Part shown: piece after piece, positions 20,838-28,679 of the stretch
Layout: every line of letters begins with the position of its first letter
Numbering within the stretch: the stretch's first letter is position 1
DNA from: Pseudomonadota bacterium
GTDB taxonomy: Bacteria > UBA10199 > 2-02-FULL-44-16 > JAAZCA01
Direction of reading: 5' to 3'
Assembly (NCBI GenBank): GCA_043798915.1
Contig: JAZDOG010000012.1
Span: 1-50,319, forward strand
DNA length: 50,319 nt
Notes under the pieces: generated by a model
The model's input: the letters and a program-made list of their open reading frames with translations, nothing else
Database searches by the model: none
Told to the model about the DNA's origin: nothing
Made by a program: the position numbers and the translations under genes

Positions 20838-22646
20838 TCAAATCGATGTCGGTTCCTCGACCATCTCCATCGCTGCGCGCGGACACTCCTTCGGGCAGAT
20901 GCCGCATCCCTTGCAGTAGAAGTAATCGATCTCGAAGCCGCCCGCTTTTTTGGCGATGGCGACGTCCGGGCAGTAGATGTAGCAGTTGTCGCACTCGGTG
21001 CATCTGCCGCAGTGGAAGCAGCGGGAGAGTTCAGAGGCTTTCGTCTCAGGCGAAGGCGCTATGTGGACCTCCGCGAAACCGTTTCCCAAGAACCTCTTCT
21101 CCACAGAGATCGACGGATATGCGTTCGGCTCCGAGCGGGTGAAATAGGCGGGATTCAAGTCGCTGAATTTGGCCACGCAATTAAGGCGCGTTATCTCGGA
21201 GGTGGTGGCCGTCCGCGGCTCCGCGCCGTTTCTGAGCTTCAGGTAGGCGGATATCAGCACCGCGCCTGTGTCTGCGACGCGGATCTGCTCGAAGATGGTT
21301 TCGAAATTCTTGCCCCTCAAGTGGCAGTCGATCGCGATGGCGCTCTTTTTTCCGCTTCCCAGGGCCTCCACGACAGTGCGCGGCTGCGCTATGAAATCGC
21401 CGCCGGCGAAGACGTTTTGCCATTCGGTCCGGCCGCCCGGCCGCGTCTTGACCGAACCGTTTTCTATCGGAAGCGTGGATGGGATGATGGAGTTGTCTAT
21501 CCGCTCGCCGATGGCGGTGATTATCGTGTCCGCGTCGAACGAGACGAGTTCCCCTTCCACCGGCACGGGCTCCCTCCTCCCGGAGGGATCGGGGTCGCCG
21601 AGCTTCATGCGCTGGCACTCGAGGCCTGTCGCCCGGTTGGCCGCCGCGATGACGCGCTTTGGTCCGAGGAGCATCTCGACCGACACGCCCTCGCTTTCAG
21701 CCTCGCGCACTTCGTCGTCGAACGCCGGCATCTCGACGCGGGTGCGCCGGTAGATGATGCGGACATCGCTCCCAAGCCTCCGCGCCACGCGCGCGGCGTC
21801 GATCGCCGTGTTGCCGCCGCCAACCACCAGGACGCGTTTTCCCAGAGCCGGCGGTTTGCCCTCCGCCGTTTTTCTCAGGAACTCGAGGCCAGGGATGACG
21901 CCAGCCGACTTCTCGTCCGGAACTCCCATCGCCCTCGACTTGTGAGCGCCGGTCGCCATGAAGACGGCCGCGTAGTCCTGGCGCATCGCCTGCATCTCCG
22001 CGGCGTCGCGGACCGCCTTGCCGAGACGGAAATCGATGCCCATGCCTTCAAGCCTCTCGATCTCGCGGTCGAGAATCTCGCGGGGCAGGCGGTATGACGG
22101 TATCCCGTATCGGAGCATTCCGCCCGCGAGCGGCATGCGCTCGAAGACGATGACGCTGTGGCCTAGTCTCTTCAAGTGATATGCGCAGGCGAGTCCGGCC
22201 GGCCCGGCGCCTATCACAGCGACGTTCTTGCCGCTTGCGGGGCAGAAGGGCTTAGCGGCGGGGAGTTCGCCTCCCATAGCATCGCCCAGGGTGCGCTCGA
22301 GGAGCTTTATGTTGACCGACCCGCCCATCTCACGCCGGTTGCAGCCGTCCATGCAGGGATGGAAGCAGACCCGCCCCATTATAGAGGGGAAGGGGTTTTC
22401 GATCGTGGCGGCATCCCACGCCTCGGGGAGCTTGCCAGTCTCCATGAGCCTTATCCATGATTCGATGTCGTTGGATGTGGGGCATGAATGCTGGCACGCC
22501 GGGGTGCGCTCGACATACCGAGCGCGGAGATAGCGCCACGTCCCGGTCTCGTTCCATTCCGTCGTCGCCATGGCTGCGGTTACATACGGCATCTGCGATG
22601 CGCCGGAGATGGTGAGCGGCAGAGGGTGTTTGGTCTGGCGCTTCAT
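20838..22646 (-). CDS. GltD-like FAD/NAD(P) oxidoreductase with Fe-S clusters, fused to a PorD-like 2x[4Fe-4S] domain
   Basis: TGTWR..R, PACQHSCP, GRVCFHPC..GC, IGAGPAG, GGMLRYGIP, GGGNTAID, C-terminal CTECDNCYIYCP and CKGCGICPKECP. Confidence 0.85.
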   Translation of the reverse strand: MKRQTKHPLPLTISGASQMPYVTAAMATTEWNETGTWRYLRARYVERTPACQHSCPTSNDIESWIRLMETGKLPEAWDAATIENPFPSIMGRVCFHPCMDGCNRREMGGSVNIKLLERTLGDAMGGELPAAKPFCPASGKNVAVIGAGPAGLACAYHLKRLGHSVIVFERMPLAGGMLRYGIPSYRLPREILDREIERLEGMGIDFRLGKAVRDAAEMQAMRQDYAAVFMATGAHKSRAMGVPDEKSAGVIPGLEFLRKTAEGKPPALGKRVLVVGGGNTAIDAARVARRLGSDVRIIYRRTRVEMPAFDDEVREAESEGVSVEMLLGPKRVIAAANRATGLECQRMKLGDPDPSGRREPVPVEGELVSFDADTIITAIGERIDNSIIPSTLPIENGSVKTRPGGRTEWQNVFAGGDFIAQPRTVVEALGSGKKSAIAIDCHLRGKNFETIFEQIRVADTGAVLISAYLKLRNGAEPRTATTSEITRLNCVAKFSDLNPAYFTRSEPNAYPSISVEKRFLGNGFAEVHIAPSPETKASELSRCFHCGRCTECDNCYIYCPDVAIAKKAGGFEIDYFYCKGCGICPKECPRAAMEMVEEPTSI

Positions 22647-23206
22647 TCGGAAAATTTTACCTCTTCAAATGCCTCCATGGCGGCCTTCGCATTTGCCTCG
22701 GCCTTTATCGGAACTCCCTTTTTGATGGCCTTTGCAACCGCATCCATCGAACAGATGCCGGTGATGCGGCAGAATGCGCCGATGATCGCGGTGTTGACGA
22801 TCGGGCTCATGGCGGAGCCCAGCCTGTTCCGCACGGCGATGCTGCTGGCGTCGACGGAGGCGAGCTTGAAGTTTGCGAGCTTCTGGATTTGCGAGAGCTC
22901 TTCCGGGGTCTTCTTCGTGTTGATGAGCACCCAGCCTTCGCCCTTGAAGCCGTCGAACGCGGCCTTGTTGCCCAGGAGCGTCGGGTCGAGGATGATCAGG
23001 TGGTCCGGCTGATATATCTGGCTGCGGAGGTTGATCCTCAAGTCATCGATGCGGACGAACGCGGTGACAGGCGCGCCGCGGCGCTCGACGCCAAAGGAGG
23101 GAAATGCCTGAACGAACTTGCCCTCGGCGAATACCGCAGTGGCCAGGATCGTGCCGCCTATGACGGCTCCCTGGCCACCCCTCCCGTGGAAGCGAATCTC
23201 GATCAT
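22643..23206 (-). CDS. porC: Pyruvate/2-oxoacid:ferredoxin oxidoreductase gamma subunit
   Basis: [35 protein letters not shown]. Confidence 0.9.
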
Positions 23207-23275
23207 CGACGCGTACCCCCCGTCGGAGGGCCCCTTCATACCCTATAGGGAGATGTTGTCAAACCAGAATTCCTG

Positions 23276-24127
23276 CTATACCGGGTCGCTGTGGACGGTG
23301 ACGTGGGCCCCGGGGATCTTGCGCTGGATATCCGCGATGATGGCCTCCGTTATGGCGTGGGCCGATTCGAACGTGGTATCGCTGTCCACCTCGAGATGAA
23401 ATTCTATGTACTTCTCGCCGCCCACCCGCCTTGTGCGGAGCCGGTGGTAGCCGCAGACGAGCGGTTTGCCGTTGATGCAGCTGTCTATTGCGGCGAGAGC
23501 CTCGGCGGGGAGCGTCTTGTCCATGAGCTGCGCGATCGAATCGTGCCCTATGCGGATCGCCGAGATGGCGATATAGAGGGAGATGAGGATCGAGATTATG
23601 GGGTCGGCGTTCTTCACCGCCGCGAAGCGCTCGAGCCCCAGGGCGACGAGCACCCCGATGTTCGTCCAGATATCGGCGCCGAAGTTCAAGGCGCTCGCCT
23701 CGATGGCGCTCGATTCGGTCTCGGAGCTCGCCCTCTTGAGCACCCGCACGAGAAAGACGCTCGCTATGATCGCCATGCACATGACCACGACGCCCACCAT
23801 CTCGTCGTTGAGACGATAGCCGTCGATCATCCGGTGGAAGGCCTGGACGATCAGGAATGTTGCGGATGCGGCGATGAATATCGCCTGAAAGAGCCCAGCT
23901 ATCGCCTCGGCCTTGCCGTGGCCGAACTGGTGCGCCTCGTCGGCCGGCTTCTCTGCGGTGTGGACCGCCGCGAGGTTTATCGACATCGAGAAGACATCCA
24001 TCAGGGAGTCGAGCGCGCTCGAGAGAACGGCCATGGACATGGTGAGGAACCCCACCGCCGACTTGATCGCGGCGAGAGAGAGAGCCACAAAAATTGCCGT
24101 CCACACCGCCCTTTTCTTGACCGACAT
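23276..24127 (-). CDS. Cation diffusion facilitator (FieF-like) transporter
   Basis: ALDSLMD, KPADEAHQFGHGKAE, DPII, HRLRTR, VTVHSDP. Confidence 0.9.
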   Translation of the reverse strand: MSVKKRAVWTAIFVALSLAAIKSAVGFLTMSMAVLSSALDSLMDVFSMSINLAAVHTAEKPADEAHQFGHGKAEAIAGLFQAIFIAASATFLIVQAFHRMIDGYRLNDEMVGVVVMCMAIIASVFLVRVLKRASSETESSAIEASALNFGADIWTNIGVLVALGLERFAAVKNADPIISILISLYIAISAIRIGHDSIAQLMDKTLPAEALAAIDSCINGKPLVCGYHRLRTRRVGGEKYIEFHLEVDSDTTFESAHAITEAIIADIQRKIPGAHVTVHSDPV

Positions 24128-24210
24128 GTATCGATTATCGGCGAAGGCTCAGGTAAAAAGCAAGCGGCACGATTAGTAAAATTGGAAAAGTGGCTTTTGG
24201 CGAGCAGGCA

Positions 24211-24426
24211 GGCGCAAATTTCCTCTCGGGGAGAGCCCCCTTGGGCAAGGCGCCTTCCCTTCGGCTACTCGTCGCGAAAAATCGGTTGGTTTCTGTAGCC
24301 TGGTGTCTTCCTGCTTGTCAGGCCCCAGGCTTACGAAACCAATCCGATTTTTCGCTCCTCATACGCCTCCGGTCAAAACGTCGCTTAATATGCCCAAGGG
24401 AGCTCTCCCCTGCGGAACTTTGCGCC
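24211..24426. repeat. ~216-nt nested imperfect foldback (REPIN/MITE-like or structured RNA)
   Basis: 24211-24247 pairs with 24391-24426; inner 24274-24303 pairs with 24325-24355. Confidence 0.8.
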
Positions 24427-24506
24427 AGCTCAAGTCAGCAGGTTAAAATGGTTACGCTCCGATTTAAACAGACTTCGCTGTACCACTGGTTCATGAATGA
24501 GGTGGG

Positions 24507-24529
24507 AAGGTGGTTTGACCGGTGGTTTA
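24507..24529. repeat. 23-bp direct repeat, copy 2
   Basis: AAGGTGGTTTGACCGGTGGTTTA; 22/23 identical to 17510-17532. Confidence 0.8.
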
Positions 24530-24532
24530 TAG

Positions 24533-24609
24533 AATCGTCAGACGGAGCAATTATTTAGCTTATAAATCATAGTATTAGGCCCAATCGTCAGTTGCTCCGT
24601 CTGACGATT
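24533..24609. repeat. Perfect 18-bp inverted repeat with 41-nt AT-rich spacer
   Basis: AATCGTCAGACGGAGCAA (24533-24550) / TTGCTCCGTCTGACGATT (24592-24609). Confidence 0.85.
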
Positions 24610-25129
24610 TTCGAATTGATGCGTCAGGATCGGATCAACATCTCGAACACCTGTTTCATAGGCGATCCCGACTGGGTCAAACAAGAATACGAGATACTTC
24701 GCGAAGAGATGAAGGCGCTGTTTGCAAGAAAAAGCACACAAAGAGAGTTGCTCTCTTCCAGCGACCCACCTTGATGTCGATAACCGTGGCAAAAAAATGA
24801 GCAAGCGGACCATTTGAAGGGATAGGTCTGTGAAAGATTGCAAGATTCGATGACAAATTTTGTCTTGTTCGTTCCTTCCTGAAAATCACCCCAGGGTTTT
24901 GACTCAAGGGCGCAATCAGTTCCAACGAAAATGGTTGATGTGGAGAAAAATCAGCGCCTCACTCTATCTCAACCCAAAATTGCTCCGTCAGGGGGTTTAG
25001 GGGGTTTAAGCCCCAAAAACTCTTGCCCAGCTCCCAACGCTACGCTATACGCCCTTATCATTTTTAAATAAGGCAGTATGGTCCCCGCGTCAGTAAGTTG
25101 CGAAACGCTCGTTCAAAATAATAAAACAA

Positions 25130-26200
25130 ATGGGACAATTTCATCTAAAAGGCTTAGATACTTATCGGGGTATAGCCGCCTTAACTGTTCTGCTTGGCCA
25201 TATTGAATTATTTAAAGGGAATTTCGGATATGACAATTGGTTAGACCTCCCATTCTATAAATACACAGGCGGGCATACAGCGGTTATCTTTTTTTTCGTT
25301 TTAAGCGGGTTTCTGATAACGCTGTTGCTCCTGAATGAGAAGAACAAATATCAAAAGATAAATTTAAAGAATTTTTATCTCCGGAGGATATTCAGGATAT
25401 GGCCATTGTATTATCTTATCATTCTCGTTTCTTATTTACTGACTGATTATTCACCATGCGCCGCGACCATAGTATTGTTTTTGACAATATTCCCCAACAT
25501 AGCCCATTCTATGGGGTCTGGATGGGTCCCAAGCCCGCAAATATGGTCGATAGGAGTTGAAGAACAATTTTACCTGGCCTGGCCGTTTCTGATCAAAAAA
25601 TGCAATGACATTTTTAACGTCGTGATTTTCATAATCATATTCTTCACAATATTGCCCCATGGGTTGCTATTTATATTGAACCGGATCTACCCTGACCCGA
25701 CTTTAATGTCGTTAATAAATAAACTGTTTTTTGGGACCAAATTTAATTGTCTGGCAATTGGCGGGCTGGCTGCAGTGATATATTCTGAAAAAAGACCAAT
25801 ATTGGGGCTGCTGAATCGGAATTTTATCATAAGTCATTTATTGGTCATCCTGCCTTTTATTTTATGGTTTGTCGGGTTTCATATTAAGTATTTTACAGAT
25901 GAATTATATTCATGCCTGTTTGCAATCTCGATTTTGATCATGACTTCCAATCCCAAAATCATCAATATTGATAGTTTTATATCTAAATATTTAGGGAAAA
26001 TATCGTACGGCATCTATATGTATCATTGGATCATTTTGGAGCTATTGTTTAGAAACAAAATATTAACCATAGAAAATAATTTACTATTTAATGTTTGCAT
26101 ATACGTCCTGGCAGTTGGGCTGACAATATTTATTTCCACCTTGTCATATTATTTTATTGAAGGTCCTTTTTTGAAACTAAAGGAAAAATACAGCAGATGA
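25130..26200 (+). CDS. Acyltransferase family 3 (OafA/YrhL-like) membrane O-acyltransferase
   Basis: LDTYRGIAA, FFVLSGFLIT, FYLRRIFRIWPLY, WSIGVEEQFYL, LGKISYGIYMYH, SYYFIE; strongly AT-rich. Confidence 0.9.
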   Translation: MGQFHLKGLDTYRGIAALTVLLGHIELFKGNFGYDNWLDLPFYKYTGGHTAVIFFFVLSGFLITLLLLNEKNKYQKINLKNFYLRRIFRIWPLYYLIILVSYLLTDYSPCAATIVLFLTIFPNIAHSMGSGWVPSPQIWSIGVEEQFYLAWPFLIKKCNDIFNVVIFIIIFFTILPHGLLFILNRIYPDPTLMSLINKLFFGTKFNCLAIGGLAAVIYSEKRPILGLLNRNFIISHLLVILPFILWFVGFHIKYFTDELYSCLFAISILIMTSNPKIINIDSFISKYLGKISYGIYMYHWIILELLFRNKILTIENNLLFNVCIYVLAVGLTIFISTLSYYFIEGPFLKLKEKYSR

Positions 26201-26325
26201 CAATAATAATCCTGGCAATAGAAAGTATCAGCCGAATTTTATCTGTTCAATAATGTCTGACAAATTGGCGAAGGCAAAACAACAATCGCAGATTCATAAT
26301 TCCCCCATGGCATGTCTTGTCGCAT

Positions 26326-27576
26326 TTACAATGCGCCCTCGGCCTTGAGGAGGCGGCCGGCGACGGTTCGCGCGAAGAGGCGGTAGAGCTTGATCTGCGT
26401 CTCGTGGGGCAGGATGTCTATTTTCTGGGGATTGAGCCTCAGCAGGTTGCACTCGCCCACGGCGCGGACTGTCGCCGTTCGCCTTCGGCCGAGGAGAAAA
26501 GAGACCTCGCCGAAGCAGTCGCCGCGCCCAAGGGTTCCGGCCGTCCTCTCTCCGGCGACCACCGCCGCCTCGCCTGAGACGATCACATAGAAGCCCTGCT
26601 CCTGTTCCCTCTCGCGTATGATCGGTTCGCCGTCCTTGTGCGTGAGCCACGCGCCGATGGCGAGCATATCCGCCGTTTCGGCTTCCGAGAACTCCTCGAA
26701 GAAGCGGAGCGTTCGCAGGTGCCGGATCCTCTCGGCCATCTTGCCGCCCAGCGCCTTCTTCGAGCCGTGGAGCACGCCCTCCAGGTCGCGGGCGAAATCG
26801 AATGCGGTCCGGTAGCGGTCGTTTGGATCCTTCGCCATGGCGCGATCGGTGATAGCGAAGAGCTCCGGCGGGAGGTCCGGATTTCGCTCGGCGAGCGGGA
26901 TATGTGGCTCGCGGAGTATCTTGCGGCGCATCTCCAGCGCGTCCGTAGCCTCAAAGGGTTTTTCGCCGCTGAGGAGCCGGTAGAGGATGATGCCCGCCGA
27001 AAATATGTCGCTCTGGGGCGTGGAGCCCTTTCCCTCGATCTGCTCGGGCGGCATGTAGCTCGGCGTTCCCACCACCTTTTTGTCATTCTTCGCAAGCAAG
27101 GCGAAGCAGGCGAGCCCGAAGTCGGCGATCTTGATCTCCCCGTTTGCGCCGAGGAGGATGTTGCCGGGCTTCACGTCGCGATGGATGATCCCGCGCTGGT
27201 GGGCGAAGTCGAGGCCGTGGCAGACCTTGATCATCACGTCTATGGCGTCCGCTACCGGGAGAAGCTCCGCCGGGAGGCAGTTCTTATAGAGCGTGGTCCC
27301 CTCGATGTACTCCATGGCGATGTAGCAGATGGGATCTTCGATGCCTGCGTCGAAGATGGTGACGATGTTCGGATGGATGAGGGCGCCTGCAGCGGCGGCC
27401 TCCTGGAAGAGGCGCGCCAGCGCCGGGTTCTTGGCCGCGCTGCTGCCGGCCGCGCTGACCTTGAGCGCCACGGAGCGGTTGATGTACGGGTCGCGGCCGA
27501 GATAGACCGTTGCAAACCCGCCGACGCCTATCTGGCAGATTATCTCGTATCGTCCTATCGTCTTTGGGTCGTTCAT
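26326..27576 (-). CDS. Hanks-type Ser/Thr kinase with C-terminal cyclic-nucleotide-binding domain
   Basis: GVGGFATV, VALK, HRDVKPGN, DFG, GTPSYMPPE; C-terminal GDCFGEVSF..RTATVRA. Confidence 0.9.
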   Translation of the reverse strand: MNDPKTIGRYEIICQIGVGGFATVYLGRDPYINRSVALKVSAAGSSAAKNPALARLFQEAAAAGALIHPNIVTIFDAGIEDPICYIAMEYIEGTTLYKNCLPAELLPVADAIDVMIKVCHGLDFAHQRGIIHRDVKPGNILLGANGEIKIADFGLACFALLAKNDKKVVGTPSYMPPEQIEGKGSTPQSDIFSAGIILYRLLSGEKPFEATDALEMRRKILREPHIPLAERNPDLPPELFAITDRAMAKDPNDRYRTAFDFARDLEGVLHGSKKALGGKMAERIRHLRTLRFFEEFSEAETADMLAIGAWLTHKDGEPIIREREQEQGFYVIVSGEAAVVAGERTAGTLGRGDCFGEVSFLLGRRRTATVRAVGECNLLRLNPQKIDILPHETQIKLYRLFARTVAGRLLKAEGAL

Positions 27577-27601
27577 GGTTGTCCCTTTGGGTTCCGCTGT
27601 A

Positions 27602-28657
27602 TCAAATTTTAACGAGTTTGTATTCCCTCTTTCCCATCCCCAGCCTCTCTGCGTGCTCAAGCTGCACGGTGCAGTCGATGTCGGGCCAGGCCTTTGCGAA
27701 GACGTCGCCGGCCCTCTCGATCACGAGGGTGAGGCTCGCCTGGTCTATCGCGACCGGGTCGGCCGAGGCGAGTATGCCGATGTCCGGCGCGATCGGTTCC
27801 TCCTTGCTGCTCATGCAGTCGCAGTTAGGTGTGATGTGATTGAGAAAATTGAGATAGAAGGCGCGTTTGCCCCGAGCCCCGCCTGCCGCGTACTCGGCGA
27901 AGCGCTCCTGGACGTCGGCGGTTTCCTTCTGCCACACGACATTGAGCGCCCTGTAGTCGCAGACGACGACGCATTCGCCGCAGCCGGCGCAGCGCGCCAC
28001 GTCCAGGTGAACCTTGCCGTCGACGATCGAGAGGGCGTCCTGACCGCAGGCGGCCACGCATTGACCGCAGGCGGTGCAGAGATCGAGGGCGACCTCAGGG
28101 GCGACCCCGGAGTGCATCTCGAATTTGCCAATCCTGGCGCCGCAGCCCATCCCCATGTTCTTGATCGCGCCGCCGAAGCCGGCGAGGAGATGGCCCTTGA
28201 AGTGCGAGAGGGCGACGATCGCGTCGGCCTTGAGTATCGCCGTGGCGATCTTGACGCTCTTGAAATGTTTGCCCTCGATCTCCACCTCCTCGTAGTCGTC
28301 GCCCTTGAGCCCGTCGGCGATGATCACCGGCGTTTGCAGGCGCGTCTGCGAGAAGCCGTGCTCCGCAGCGACGGCGAGGTGGTCGACCGCATTCGAGCGG
28401 CTGCCACGGTAGATCGTGTTCGTGTCGGTGAGGAAGGGGGAGGCCTTGCAGCGCCGGATCATCCCGATGATGGGGCGAACGAGCTCCGGCCTGATGTAGC
28501 CGTTGTTGTTTTTCTCTCCGAAGTGCATCTTGATCGCCGCAAGGTCGCCGGCCCTGATGACGGAGGAGGCGCCCGATTGCTCGAGGAGATCGGGCAGCCG
28601 ATCGCGCTCCTCCCATGGCAGGAAATAGACTCTGGATTTCGATGCGGCCGCGGACAT
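27602..28657 (-). CDS. DUF362-family Fe-S protein with 2x[4Fe-4S] ferredoxin insert
   Basis: IKMHFGE, TDTNTIYRGSR, SHFKGH..GFGGAIKNMGMG, CTACGQC/CAGCGEC, CDC, DPVAIDQAS. Confidence 0.85.
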   Translation of the reverse strand: MSAAASKSRVYFLPWEERDRLPDLLEQSGASSVIRAGDLAAIKMHFGEKNNNGYIRPELVRPIIGMIRRCKASPFLTDTNTIYRGSRSNAVDHLAVAAEHGFSQTRLQTPVIIADGLKGDDYEEVEIEGKHFKSVKIATAILKADAIVALSHFKGHLLAGFGGAIKNMGMGCGARIGKFEMHSGVAPEVALDLCTACGQCVAACGQDALSIVDGKVHLDVARCAGCGECVVVCDYRALNVVWQKETADVQERFAEYAAGGARGKRAFYLNFLNHITPNCDCMSSKEEPIAPDIGILASADPVAIDQASLTLVIERAGDVFAKAWPDIDCTVQLEHAERLGMGKREYKLVKI

Positions 28658-28679
28658 GCTATCCCTCGTGAGCTATCCT

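Noticed and set aside
24551..24591. dif/Xer site in the AT-rich spacer of the inverted repeat
   Set aside because: No recognisable XerD arm (TTATGTTAAAT) in either orientation
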